From an uncultured Gemmatimonadales bacterium (GTDB lineage Bacteria > Gemmatimonadota > Gemmatimonadetes > Gemmatimonadales > GWC2-71-9), in NCBI GenBank assembly GCA_963695555.1, contig CAVOGR010000007.1, positions 544,001-608,000 of the forward strand: 64,000 bases of DNA. Direction: 5' to 3'. The notes below the pieces were generated by a model. That model saw only the letters and a list, made by a program, of their open reading frames with translations, was not told the DNA's origin and searched no databases. A program made the translations under genes and the position numbers. Below, one piece after another: positions 1 to 9,747 of this stretch (positions within the stretch are counted from its first letter, which is position 1; each line of letters begins with the position of its first letter).

Positions 1-280
1 CCGACGGCAGCGGCAGGAACAGGTCCTGCCGAATCCAGACCGCGACGCCAAAGAGCACGATGCCTCCGACCCGAAGCGCCATACCATAGCCCCAGCGCCG
101 GAGCAGGTCCTTGAACGGCCCGGCAACGGCGGGCCGCACCAGCGAGTGCGCCACGACTTGGATCGCCGTCGCAAGGAGCCCGAACGCGATACTGCCGACA
201 AGCGCCCCCGACCCCCACAACGCGGCCGCGATCCCGCTCACAACGGCGGTGAGCGCGAGTCCGAGTGCCGCAACTTTCAC
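1..280 (-). CDS. AtpI-like ATP synthase accessory membrane protein (3' end beyond window)
   Basis: Not in the ORF track. Manual translation from GTG at 280 gives MKVAALGLALTAVVSGIAAALWGSG...WGYGMALRVGGIVLFGVAVW, which is hydrophobic. The start overlaps the stop of the upstream AtpZ/AtpI gene (GTGA). Confidence 0.65.
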   Translation of the reverse strand, partial: MKVAALGLALTAVVSGIAAALWGSGALVGSIAFGLLATAIQVVAHSLVRPAVAGPFKDLLRRWGYGMALRVGGIVLFGVAVWIRQDLFLPLPS

Positions 281-549
281 GGCTTGCCGCCCCGTTTGCG
301 CTTGCGTGCCAGGCGGTCCTTCTCGTGCTCCGCCTCGCCGGCCTGGAGCCTCCGAAGCACAGTGAGGAAGCTCAGGGTCGCCCCACCCAGGGTTCCAACG
401 ATGGTAAAGAGCGGCATGAGGCCGAGCCAGCGATCCAGCCAAAACCCGGCCGCCATGAACAAAATGGTCCCGCCGGCGAAGGTCATGCCGAGGGAGACGT
501 ACTTGTATCCCTCGCCGATTTCCCGGCCGGGACCGGATTCTGGCTCCAT
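277..549 (-). CDS. AtpZ/AtpI family protein (first gene of F0F1 ATP synthase operon)
   Basis: 90 aa with two TM helices and the family-typical motif GFWLDRWLG..P.FTIVG..GG. Confidence 0.8.
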   Translation of the reverse strand: MEPESGPGREIGEGYKYVSLGMTFAGGTILFMAAGFWLDRWLGLMPLFTIVGTLGGATLSFLTVLRRLQAGEAEHEKDRLARKRKRGGKP

Positions 550-570
550 ACAGCCGCGGAATCTAGGAGC

Positions 571-588
571 TTGTGAAAAATTTCGCAA
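571..588. promoter_or_regulatory. Rex-type operator candidate
   Basis: TTGTGAA-AAAT-TTCGCAA is one mismatch from the Rex consensus TTGTGAA-N4-TTCACAA and lies about 20 nt upstream of the atp operon start. Confidence 0.55.
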
Positions 589-801
589 GCAAGTCTCCGG
601 GTGGTGTTTCCAATGGCTTTGTGGTTCATAGTGAAACGTCATTTTCACGTTGCAGTCCCGCACCGTGGGTTGCGGTCGCACAATTGCGCAGCTGGCCGGT
701 CTCCGCCTGTAGCGTCGGTGTACGAGCCTGACTACTCTCCTACAAGGACCACGTGCGACCGACTCCCGACCCCCAACTCCCTACTACCTACTGCCGACCC
801 C

Positions 802-1815
802 ATGACCTCCACTCGCGCACCCGCCACCGACGATGTCCAGCAGCTCGAGCGCCTCGGCGCCGCGGTCCGGCAGCTCCGCGCCATGGTTGCCCAGCGAATC
901 GTGGGTCAGGAGGACGTGGTGGACGGCATCGTCGCGGCCCTTCTGGCTGGAGGACATGCACTCCTGATCGGGGTGCCGGGCCTCGCCAAGACCCTCATGG
1001 TCTCGACCGTGGCCTCGGCGCTGGACCTGAGCTTCCACCGGATCCAGTTCACCCCCGACCTCATGCCGAGCGACATCACGGGCACCGAGATCATCGAGGA
1101 AGACCTGAGCTCCGGCAAGCGTTCCTTCCGGTTCGTGCCCGGCCCCGTCTTCGCCAACGTGGTGCTGGCCGACGAGATCAACCGGACTCCTCCAAAGACC
1201 CAGGCCGCGCTGCTTCAGGCCATGCAGGAACACGAGGTGACGGCCGGCGGGACGACCTATCACCTGCCCGAGCCTTTCTTCGTCCTGGCGACCCAGAACC
1301 CAATCGAGCAGGAGGGCACCTATCCCCTGCCCGAGGCGCAACTCGACCGCTTCATGTTCGAGCTCAGGGTCGGGTATCCCTCGAAAGCGGAGGAGGAAGC
1401 CATCGTCGAGCAGACCACCGGCAGCCGAGCTGTGTCGATCGACCCGGTGCTCGACGCCGACACGCTCGTGGCCATGCAGGGTCTAGTGCGCCGGATTCCG
1501 GTGTCTCGCGAACTCATCCGCTCTGCCGTGACCTTGGCCCGCATCACCAGACCGGCCGACGCGGAGGCCCCGGCTGTGGTCAAGGAATACGTGGAATGGG
1601 GCGCGGGGCCGCGTGCCTCCCAGTACCTCATCCTGGGTGCCAAGGCCAGGGCGGCAATGGACGGACGGCCTATGGCCGATCTCGACGACGTGCGTGACGT
1701 GGCCGGATCGGTGCTCCGCCACCGGGTGGTGACCAACTTCGCGGCGGAGGCGGCGGGGCGGAGCAGCGGCGACGTGGTGCGGGAGCTGGTGGACGGGAAG
1801 CAGTGGATGGGCTAA
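802..1815 (+). CDS. MoxR family AAA+ ATPase
   Basis: Motifs GVPGLAKT, RIQFTPDLMPSDITG, DEINRTPPKTQAALL, ATQNPIEQEGTYPLPEAQLDRF. Confidence 0.95.
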   Translation: MTSTRAPATDDVQQLERLGAAVRQLRAMVAQRIVGQEDVVDGIVAALLAGGHALLIGVPGLAKTLMVSTVASALDLSFHRIQFTPDLMPSDITGTEIIEEDLSSGKRSFRFVPGPVFANVVLADEINRTPPKTQAALLQAMQEHEVTAGGTTYHLPEPFFVLATQNPIEQEGTYPLPEAQLDRFMFELRVGYPSKAEEEAIVEQTTGSRAVSIDPVLDADTLVAMQGLVRRIPVSRELIRSAVTLARITRPADAEAPAVVKEYVEWGAGPRASQYLILGAKARAAMDGRPMADLDDVRDVAGSVLRHRVVTNFAAEAAGRSSGDVVRELVDGKQWMG

Positions 1816-1957
1816 GTGGCGTGATATTGTAGCGATAGTGGCTTGATGATGTCGCTAATGACGGGGTCCGGTAAGATGAACCGGGCCTCGTCTGTCATCC
1901 CCCTTCCGACCACCCCCAGCGCCCAAGCGCTCGCGAGGACGGGCCTCCTGAGTTATC

Positions 1958-4030
1958 ATGGCCCGTCCCCCAACACAGGAGCACTCTCAGATGTGGCCGT
2001 ATCGAGTTCCCGCCCGATCGATCCTCCTCCCCCTCGGTTTGCTGGCCGTATCCACCGCGCTGATCCCCACGGCGAACGCCCAGCAGGCTAGCGCGCCAGA
2101 ACGGCTGTACACCACAGCGCAGGCCGACCGTGGGCACGAGGTTTACCGGGCCCAATGCGCCGAGTGCCACGGACAGAGCCTGAATGATGGCGGCGTGGCC
2201 CCGCTCGCCGGGCCCGCGTTCATCCAGAATTGGACCCGGGCGGATCGCTCGTTGGGGGACCTCTATTACATCACGAAGAGCACCATGCCGCGGGCGGCCG
2301 CGGGCTCCTTGTCCGAGCGCGAGTATATCGATGTCTTGGCCTACATCCTCGAGCGGAATGGGTATCCCGCGGGCGATACACCGCTCAGCGCCGACCAAGC
2401 CACGCTTGGGAGCGTGCGCCTCACCGCCACACCGATGACGGAGGCCGCCCGAGCCAAGGCTCCGCCGCCCGAGTTCATTCCAGGCAAGAAGGGCCTCGAG
2501 CCGTCGGGCAGCGGTCCGACGCAGGACGAGCTGCTCGCGGCTCACGGAAATACCAGCGACTGGCTCTACCACACCCACGACTACACCGGCCGCCGCTACA
2601 TCGACCTGTCTGAGATCACACCGGCCAACGTGGGCCGGCTCCAGGTGGCATGTGCCTACCAAGTGGGTGACCTGGGGTACTTCCAGACCGGCCCGATCGT
2701 GTATCGCGGAATCATGTACGTGACGACCCTGCACACGACAGCGGCCATCGACGCCACCACCTGCCGAGAGAAGTGGCGCCACACGTGGGAGCCGCTGACG
2801 ACCGAGGTCTGGCCCAATCAGCGGGGTGTCGCCATCAAGGATGGCCGGGTGGTGCGCGGGACGGCCGACGGCTACCTGTTCGCGCTCGATGCGGCCACCG
2901 GGGAACCGCTCTGGACCCGCCGGATCGCCGACGCGGCGTTGGGCGAGACCATCACCATGGCGCCGATGATCTTCGAGGATCTGGTGTTTATCGGACCGGC
3001 CGGCAGCGAGAACAACATCTCCGGATGGGTAGGTGCGTTCCGACTCAGCGACGGGAGCCAGGTGTGGCGGTTCAAGACCGTACCCGGTGCGGGAGAGCCG
3101 GGCAACGAGAGCTGGCCGAACCCCGGGAACATCCCGCTCGGCGGGGGCGCGGTGTGGACCCCGCTCGCGCTCGATGTCGAGAAGCGGGAGGTGTACGTGG
3201 CGGTGACCAATCCCGCGCCCGACATTCCGGCGCACTTGAGACCGGGCCCCAATCTCTACAGCAACTCGATCGTGGCCCTGGACGTCGACACCGGGACGCT
3301 CAAATGGTACGAGCAGCTGGTGCCCAACGACGCCCACGACTGGGATCTAACCCAAGTGAGCCCGCTGTTCGAGACCGAAGTCCAGGGCCGGAGCAGGAAA
3401 TTGGTGGCCACGGTTGGAAAAGACGGCATTCTCCGGGTGCTCGACCGGACAACCCGCGAGCGGATCTACCAAACGCCGATTACCACCCAGAAGAACGTCG
3501 ACGTTCCGCTCGACAAGGACGGCGTGCTGGTTTGCCCCGGCGTCTTGGGCGGCGTCGAGTGGAACGGGCCGGCCTACAATCCGCGCGCCAACCTGCTGTA
3601 CGTAAACGCGGTGGACTGGTGCACGACGTTCGCCGTGGCCGATTCAGTTCGGTTCGTCGAGGGCGAGATGTACCTCGGCGGGACGGTCGAGCTGGCCGAG
3701 ACCAGCCAGGGGTGGCTCACCGCGGTGGACGCGTCCACCGGACGCGTGGCCTGGCGGTACCGCTCGGCCCGGCCGATGGTCTCAGCGATCACCACGACGG
3801 GCGGCGGACTGGTGTTCACCGGGGAGCTGGATGGTGACTTCATGGCCTTGGACGCCCGATCGGGAGCGGTGCTCTACCGGTTCAATACCGGCGGCTCGAT
3901 CGGCGGCGGCGTGGTGAGCTACGCCATCGACGGGACGCAGTATGTGGCCGTGGCGTCGGGCCGGGCGTCGCTGTGGTTCGGGCCGGAGGGTGCGCCGACG
4001 GTGTTCGTCTTCGCGCTGCCGAAACGCTGA
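1958..4030 (+). CDS. Secreted PQQ-dependent dehydrogenase with N-terminal class I cytochrome c (start may be 1991)
   Basis: Signal peptide, CAECH heme motif with distal TMP Met, then a PQQ beta-propeller (W-docking repeats, GGAVW, HDWD, CPGVLGGVEWNG). Confidence 0.9.
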   Translation: MARPPTQEHSQMWPYRVPARSILLPLGLLAVSTALIPTANAQQASAPERLYTTAQADRGHEVYRAQCAECHGQSLNDGGVAPLAGPAFIQNWTRADRSLGDLYYITKSTMPRAAAGSLSEREYIDVLAYILERNGYPAGDTPLSADQATLGSVRLTATPMTEAARAKAPPPEFIPGKKGLEPSGSGPTQDELLAAHGNTSDWLYHTHDYTGRRYIDLSEITPANVGRLQVACAYQVGDLGYFQTGPIVYRGIMYVTTLHTTAAIDATTCREKWRHTWEPLTTEVWPNQRGVAIKDGRVVRGTADGYLFALDAATGEPLWTRRIADAALGETITMAPMIFEDLVFIGPAGSENNISGWVGAFRLSDGSQVWRFKTVPGAGEPGNESWPNPGNIPLGGGAVWTPLALDVEKREVYVAVTNPAPDIPAHLRPGPNLYSNSIVALDVDTGTLKWYEQLVPNDAHDWDLTQVSPLFETEVQGRSRKLVATVGKDGILRVLDRTTRERIYQTPITTQKNVDVPLDKDGVLVCPGVLGGVEWNGPAYNPRANLLYVNAVDWCTTFAVADSVRFVEGEMYLGGTVELAETSQGWLTAVDASTGRVAWRYRSARPMVSAITTTGGGLVFTGELDGDFMALDARSGAVLYRFNTGGSIGGGVVSYAIDGTQYVAVASGRASLWFGPEGAPTVFVFALPKR

Positions 4031-4087
4031 GTCGTTCCAACATGTCCCGTATGACTGCGTCTAGCGATATGGCCTAAGGAGGCATTC

Positions 4088-5266
4088 GTGCCGGCTCAGT
4101 ACAATCGCAGGGTTCGTCCAATACCCAACATCGCTCTTGGGGCATTTCGTCGCTCGGTGCTCGGATTGGGCGTGGGGATACTACTGCTCGCCGCACCGCA
4201 CTTCAGCCAGGCGCAGACTCCCCGCGTTGCCGCGGCACCGGGATATGGCACGTTTGCCGAGACGGTCGCTTCGAGCCGAGCCCTGATCGACTCGCTCATG
4301 CGGGCGCGGAATCTGCCCGGGCTATCGATCGCGGTGTCGGTGGACGGCGAGGTGGTGTGGTCCGAAGGGTTCGGCTACGCCGACATCGAGCAGGGCACCA
4401 TGGTGACGCCGACCACGAGGTTCCGCATCGGCAGTATTTCCAAGCCGTTGACGGCTGCGGCCCTGGCGCTGCTCACCGAGCAGGGTGTCCTCGACCTGGA
4501 CGCGCCGATCCAGCGTTATGTGCCGTCGTTTCCGGAAAAGACGAAGGGCGTCATCACGAGCCGGCTCTTGGCCGGCCACCTTGCCGGGGTGCGTCACTAC
4601 GGGAGTGCCGAGGAATTCCTGAGCAGCAAGCGCTACGCCACGGTCCTCGAAGGACTCGACATCTTCAAAGGCGACACGCTGCGAACGCCACCGGGCGAGA
4701 AGTATTCGTACTCGAGCTATGGGTGGAACCTGCTGAGCGCGGTCGTGGAGGGTGCGTCGGGCGAGCAATTCCTGGCCTACATGCAGGAGCATGTGTTTCG
4801 CCCGCTGGGCCTGCGACACACGGTCGCCGACTACACGGATAGCATCATCACGGGCCGCAGTGGATTTTACGACCGCGCGGCGGACAGCAGCTTGATCAAC
4901 GCCCCCTATGTAGACAACAGCTACAAATGGGCCGGCGGTGGCTTCCTGTCCACACCGGAGGACTTGCTCCGCTTTGCCGACGCGCACGTGCAGGCCGGTT
5001 TCTTGAAGCCTGAAACCGTGAAGCTCCTGTGGACCTCCCAGCGGAACGCGGCGGGCGAAGAGGTCTCATACGGGATTGGATGGGCGGTCGGCGAGCTGAA
5101 CGGCAGACGGCTCATCTCGCACGGTGGCGGCTCAGTGGGCGGCAACAGCTGGCTCGCTATCCTTCCCGACGAGAAGGTGGCGCTCGCGGTGGCCGCGAAC
5201 ATCGGCGGTGCGGGGTACGGGGCCGTGCCGCGCCGGATACTCGAGATGTTTGCAGCAGAACGCTAA
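4088..5266 (+). CDS. Serine hydrolase, beta-lactamase/AmpC-like family
   Basis: FRIGSISK (SxxK), YSYSSYG and HGGG motifs; signal peptide. Confidence 0.9.
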   Translation: MPAQYNRRVRPIPNIALGAFRRSVLGLGVGILLLAAPHFSQAQTPRVAAAPGYGTFAETVASSRALIDSLMRARNLPGLSIAVSVDGEVVWSEGFGYADIEQGTMVTPTTRFRIGSISKPLTAAALALLTEQGVLDLDAPIQRYVPSFPEKTKGVITSRLLAGHLAGVRHYGSAEEFLSSKRYATVLEGLDIFKGDTLRTPPGEKYSYSSYGWNLLSAVVEGASGEQFLAYMQEHVFRPLGLRHTVADYTDSIITGRSGFYDRAADSSLINAPYVDNSYKWAGGGFLSTPEDLLRFADAHVQAGFLKPETVKLLWTSQRNAAGEEVSYGIGWAVGELNGRRLISHGGGSVGGNSWLAILPDEKVALAVAANIGGAGYGAVPRRILEMFAAER

Positions 5267-5282
5267 CGGTGCGGTCGAAACA

Positions 5283-5318
5283 GCAAGGGCCCGGCCTCTC
5301 ACGAGGCCGGGCCCTTGC
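5283..5318. terminator. Bidirectional terminator hairpin
   Basis: Perfect 16-bp stem GCAAGGGCCCGGCCTC-TCAC-GAGGCCGGGCCCTTGC between convergent genes. Confidence 0.8.
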
Positions 5319-5339
5319 GTTACACACGATCGGATCGAT

Positions 5340-6278
5340 CTAGGTCGTAGCACCGATAAAGACCACCGTCGGAGCGACCCCGCATCCATTGAGCGTGACC
5401 TGGACCGCCGCCGCCCCCTGCTGGGACGATGCGGCAGCACGAAGCACACCCGCAACCACGTCGCCGCCGAACCCGCAGCTCGCGTCATACGTCAACGCCA
5501 CCGGGGTGTTGAGCACCAGGCTGAAGAACCCATCGGGTGCCACCACTTGGAAATTCCCGCTCAAGTCGAGCGTCCCGTTGGGGAGCGGACCGTCAAACAC
5601 GATGCTGGATGGTGTCTCCGCTGTGAAAGACACACTGTGCGCCGCATCGAGGTTCACACTCTGCCCACCGGCTTCGATGCCGAGCGAAAAGTCTTCGTCC
5701 AGCGTGAGCAGGCTCGTGGAGCCACGGAGCGAGCGGGTACCATCCTGCGTGAGGGCGAGGGTTTCCGCGCTGCTCGCGCTGGTGAACGCGAACCGGAGGG
5801 TGTTGATGTCGAGGTCGAACCCGATCGTCGCCGAGGCCGGGTCGGACACCCGCACTGATCCGGTGACGACACCGGTCCCGGTCTGATCCGTCGTGGTGCA
5901 GAACTGCGGATCGAACGTGAACAGCGCGTTGTCGGGCACGCCGTCCTGATCGGAGTCGATCGGAGGATCGGGCGTGAACGAGGGGCAGCCGTCCAGGGCG
6001 AAGTTCGAGAGGCTCAAGGTCGGCGCCGGCGAGAGCATCCGGCCCGCCGCGAGCGATACACCTCCGAAGTCGCTGAAGTCGAATGCCTCGATGGTCAGGC
6101 CCTGGAGCGACGTCTCCACCAGGCCCACGGTCAGGTCGGCGATGGCCGGGGCGTTCTGTTCATTGAGCGCCACTTGGTTCGGGGCCAGCTTGTCCTCGCT
6201 ATTACAGGCCCCAAGGCCCACGGTCAGCAAGGCGGCCAGGGCCCAACGGGCTGCCGTGGCGATTTGCATGCGGTTCAT
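5340..6278 (-). CDS. Hypothetical lipoprotein
   Basis: Lipobox LGAC; beta-rich body; DSDQDG Ca-binding-like motif; GGAG RBS. Confidence 0.8.
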   Translation of the reverse strand: MNRMQIATAARWALAALLTVGLGACNSEDKLAPNQVALNEQNAPAIADLTVGLVETSLQGLTIEAFDFSDFGGVSLAAGRMLSPAPTLSLSNFALDGCPSFTPDPPIDSDQDGVPDNALFTFDPQFCTTTDQTGTGVVTGSVRVSDPASATIGFDLDINTLRFAFTSASSAETLALTQDGTRSLRGSTSLLTLDEDFSLGIEAGGQSVNLDAAHSVSFTAETPSSIVFDGPLPNGTLDLSGNFQVVAPDGFFSLVLNTPVALTYDASCGFGGDVVAGVLRAAASSQQGAAAVQVTLNGCGVAPTVVFIGATT

Positions 6279-6418
6279 CGGGTCTCCTCCGGCTTTCGAT
6301 TCCGGCCCGCGAGGCCCCTGCCCCGGGACACATTGTCTAAGTCATTAGGAAAGAAAGAGTTGTAATTTCTCTCCGATCTCTCCCTCCCCTGCCATTTCCC
6401 TCCACCCGATCGCCAGGG

Positions 6419-6433
6419 GCAACGGTCGTGCCG
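6419..6433 (-). promoter_or_regulatory. Sigma54 (-24/-12) promoter
   Basis: Minus strand reads cGGCACGACCGTTGC, matching the consensus GGCAC-N5-TTGC, upstream of the lipoprotein gene. Confidence 0.65.
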
Positions 6434-6446
6434 GAGGCGCCTTCGG

Positions 6447-6462
6447 TGTGAGCAGCGTCACA
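6447..6462. promoter_or_regulatory. CRP/FNR-family-like box
   Basis: TGTGA-GCAGCG-TCACA, a perfect TGTGA-N6-TCACA. Confidence 0.4.
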
Positions 6463-6468
6463 AAGAGT

Positions 6469-6501
6469 CGGAGCCCCCAGCCGCTATGGCAGGGGGCTCC
6501 G
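6469..6501 (-). terminator. Probable terminator hairpin
   Basis: CGGAGCCCCC...GGGGGCTCCG stem just downstream of the 6535-7107 gene. Confidence 0.55.
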
Positions 6502-6534
6502 GGAATCCGCGAGCGCGATGGTGGATTCGTTTTA

Positions 6535-7107
6535 CTAGTGTTTGTGCTCCATCGCCTTCGGCGCGCTGATCGGCATCATGATGTGAGCGTACGGGGTGCC
6601 CTTCCACATGACGTAGGGGCCGCCGCTCTGGTAGTCGGTAGGGAGGCCGTCGAGCGCTGCGGGATCGGGCGTGATGATCATCACGTGGGGCCCACTCTCC
6701 ACCCAGGCCTTCCCCTCAGCCGGTGCGGTCGCGTAGGGATCGGTATTGCTCGCGTCCCAGCCGCCCCTCAACATGTAGGCGAGGCCCACACTGGTTACGC
6801 CGGTGAGGGGCTTCTTGTTCATCCAGGCGTCGGCCCACTTGAGCCACTGCTCATCCAGGCACATGGGCGTCACACCCGGTTGGTTGGGCACGTCGGGGAA
6901 ACAAGTCCAGCCATTCGACCCTTCCCGCAGGACGGTCCCGTCCCAATCGACCACGGCTGCGTCCTTGGCCACTGCAGCCGGGCCCGCGGTCAGCGCCTCG
7001 GCAATCTTGTCCTTCGGGGTCATCGCCGCCTTCTCTTGAGCGCCAGCGCTGATCGCATGACCGAAGAGTACCAGGCCGAGTACGGCCAGCAGGGGGGAGG
7101 TACGCAT
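6535..7107 (-). CDS. Conserved secreted hypothetical protein
   Basis: Signal peptide; conserved-looking motifs GSNGWTCFP, PMCLD, GPHVMI, GPYVMWKGTPYAHIMMP. Confidence 0.8.
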   Translation of the reverse strand: MRTSPLLAVLGLVLFGHAISAGAQEKAAMTPKDKIAEALTAGPAAVAKDAAVVDWDGTVLREGSNGWTCFPDVPNQPGVTPMCLDEQWLKWADAWMNKKPLTGVTSVGLAYMLRGGWDASNTDPYATAPAEGKAWVESGPHVMIITPDPAALDGLPTDYQSGGPYVMWKGTPYAHIMMPISAPKAMEHKH

Positions 7108-7494
7108 GGTTTCTCCAGGGGAATGAGTGAAGTCAACCTAGCGTCCGGTACCGAGGGAGGCAATCACTCGAAACGTCGGCCAAGGCAGGCGCCGCCAGCC
7201 TCTGCACTCGGCGTTCAACGAACGCCCGCCAGTGCGGCCAAGACTCCCCAGCCTGCAACCATCACCCAAAGCGGCACTTGCCAGCAGGAAAGTTCAACAC
7301 CGGACGTTGAATATCTCAATGGCCTGTGGGCCTGATTTCCTGGCAAGAACCAGCATCCGGTGCAATAGCGGGCCTTTCGCGTAGAAAATCTCAACGGTAG
7401 GGCATGGTTCTTCGCCACTCCGGCAGCGCCCGGTCAAACCGCTATCTCACGCTCCGACAATCACTTCCGCGCGCCACCCCGGGTCGGCCAACTA

Positions 7495-7510
7495 CGGCCC
7501 TTGGCTTGCC
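7495..7510 (+). promoter_or_regulatory. Putative sigma54 promoter of the Hmc-like operon
   Basis: cGGCCCTTGGCTTGCc has GG-N10-GC spacing with TTGC, about 75 nt before the ATG. Confidence 0.45.
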
Positions 7511-7584
7511 ATAGGTATCACGTGGAGTTCATGGACTGGCGGGGCCCGGCGCGACTCGGGCACGACATTTCATCGGAGCGTCAC

Positions 7585-8488
7585 ATGAAGCGAAGGGACC
7601 TGCTGAAGACGTTGTGCGTCGCCGGCGGCTCCGCGGTTCTCGTGGGGGGGAGGAACCTCGAGGCCGAAGAGGCGGATGTTGCCCGCGGGGCGGGGCAGTC
7701 GATGGGTGTGCTGGTAGACACCACCAAGTGCCTGGGCTGCCGGATGTGCGAGTTTGCGTGCGCCGAGGCGAACGGGCTCCCCGAACCGGAGAAGGAGATC
7801 GATCGCGCGGTCGAGCGGAAGACCTCGCCGACCCAATTGACGGTGAACAATCGCTATGAGACGGACAAGGGCCCGGTGTCGGTGAAGCGGCAGTGCATGC
7901 ACTGCCTGCAACCGGCCTGCACCTCGGCCTGCCTGACGAAGGCGATGCACAAGACCCCGACCGGTGCGGTGGCGTGGGACGGCAAGAAGTGCATGGGTTG
8001 CCGGTTTTGCATGGTCTCCTGCCCCTTCGACGTGCCGAAGTTCGAGTATGACAGCGCCAATCCGAAGATCACCAAATGCGTCATGTGCGTGGACCGGCTG
8101 GCGCAGGGCGAGAAGCCGGCATGCGTGCAGGGCTGTCCTGTCGGGGCACTCACCTTTGGTCGGCGAGGGGAGCTGATCGAGGAGGGGCGGCGACGGATCT
8201 ACACAGAGCCCGACAAGTATGTGCCGCACATCTACGGCGAGCACGAGGCCGGTGGGACGTCCTGGCTCTACCTCGCAAAGGTTGCCGTTCGACCAGCTTG
8301 GTTTCAAGACCGATATCGGTGATACGGCATTCCCGACGTATACGCGCGAATTCCTCTACGCGGTGCCGCTGGCACTGACGTTGGTGCCGCCGTTCCTGCT
8401 GGCCCTGAATCGGGCCACCAACGGCGGGCACGAGGATGAACCGCTACAGGACGATGAGGAGAGCGAGGTCGAGCCATGGGAGCGCTGA
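7585..8488 (+). CDS. Tat-exported multi-[4Fe-4S] protein, HmcB/HybA/NrfC-like, with C-terminal TM (1-nt frameshift at ~8283)
   Basis: Tat motif KRRDLLK; four Cys clusters (CLGCRMCEFAC, CMHCLQPACTSAC, CMGCRFCMVSCP, CVMC..PACVQGCP). After LYLAK the protein continues in another frame as PFDQLGFKTD..REFLYAVPLALTLVPPFLLAL. Confidence 0.85.
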
Positions 8489-9741
8489 GCATGCCGGTTC
8501 CATCGACCGCACGAGGGTTCCGCGGCTTCGCGCGGTTCATCGTCCGCGAGCTCAAGCCGAAGGGAAAGATCCTCACGCCGTTCAACGTGATCACCGGCGT
8601 GATCGTGGCGACGGGGGCGGTGCTGCTCGCGATCCGGTTCATCTACGGTCTCGGGTCCATCACCAATCTGTCCCAGGATGTCCCGTGGGGGCTCTGGATC
8701 GGGTTCGACGTGGTGACCGGCGTCGCGTTCGCGGGCGGGGCCTACGTCGTCACCTTCATGGTCTATATCCTCGGACAGAAGAAGTACCATCCGATCGTCC
8801 GGGTCACGGTGCTCAACGGGTTCCTGGCCTACGTCTTCTATGCCGGAGCGCTGCTGCTCGATCTCGGGCGGCCGTGGAACGTGATCAACCCGATCATCGG
8901 CAATTCGTTCGGGGTGAGTTCGGTCTTGTTCCTGGTGGCCTGGCACTTCCTGTTGTACATGATCGCCGAGGCCATCGAGTTCTCGCCGGCGGTCGCAGAG
9001 TGGCTCGGGTGGGGGCGGGTGCGGGCGGTACTCAAGGGCATGACGATCGGGGCGGTGATCTTCGGCATCACGCTGTCGATCCTGCACCAGTCGGGGTTGG
9101 GCGCGCTCTACCTCATGGCCAAGACCAAGATCCACCCGCTGTGGTATTCGGAGTTCATCCCAATCCTGTTCCTCGTCTCCAGCATCTTCGCCGGTTTGTC
9201 GATGGTGATCTTCGAGGGCACCCTCACCCACAAGATCTTCCATCAGCGGGTTGGACGAGTGCTCCGAGCGACCCACGACGACATCGTCCTTGGGCTGGCC
9301 AGGATCTGTGGCGGGACCATGTTCGTGTACCTGTTCCTCCAGCTCTTGATCTTCGTCCACGAGCAACGATGGGCCTATGTGGCCTCCGGCTGGGGCGCGT
9401 GGTACCTGCTCGAGTTGGGTGGATTTGTCATGGTGCCGGCCGCCCTCTTCATCATCGCGTTCCGCGATCGGAGCCTCCGCATGACGCGCGTCGCAGCCGC
9501 CATGACGCTCATCGGCATCATTCTCAACCGGCTCAATGTCTCGGTCATCGCGTTTCGATGGGATGCGGCGGTGAGGTACGTGCCGAGTTGGATGGAGATC
9601 GTGGTCACGTTGGCCGTCATCAGCGTCGAGCTCTGGGTCTTCCGCTGGGTCATCAATCGTATGCCGGTGCTCGATTTCGGGAACCACACCGACCATGCTG
9701 AAGCGCGCGAGCGCCGAGCTGCGGTCGAGACCCAGGCGTAG
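8476..9741 (+). CDS. NrfD/PsrC family integral membrane protein (HmcC/HybB-like)
   Basis: Motifs PWGLWIGFDVVTGVAFAGG, LDLGRPW, LSILHQSGLGAL, LNRLNVS; about 10 TM helices. Confidence 0.9.
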   Translation: MGALSMPVPSTARGFRGFARFIVRELKPKGKILTPFNVITGVIVATGAVLLAIRFIYGLGSITNLSQDVPWGLWIGFDVVTGVAFAGGAYVVTFMVYILGQKKYHPIVRVTVLNGFLAYVFYAGALLLDLGRPWNVINPIIGNSFGVSSVLFLVAWHFLLYMIAEAIEFSPAVAEWLGWGRVRAVLKGMTIGAVIFGITLSILHQSGLGALYLMAKTKIHPLWYSEFIPILFLVSSIFAGLSMVIFEGTLTHKIFHQRVGRVLRATHDDIVLGLARICGGTMFVYLFLQLLIFVHEQRWAYVASGWGAWYLLELGGFVMVPAALFIIAFRDRSLRMTRVAAAMTLIGIILNRLNVSVIAFRWDAAVRYVPSWMEIVVTLAVISVELWVFRWVINRMPVLDFGNHTDHAEARERRAAVETQA

Positions 9742-9747
9742 GGGGAG

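Noticed and set aside
1895..3337. Long antisense or alternate-frame ORFs (also 8356-9759, 26647-28197, 34000-35289 and many others)
   Set aside because: These are shadow ORFs typical of high-GC DNA that overlap well-supported genes.
4088..5266. Bona fide beta-lactam resistance gene
   Set aside because: The motifs only place it in the broad serine hydrolase family (YxS and HGG rather than the AmpC YxN and KTG).
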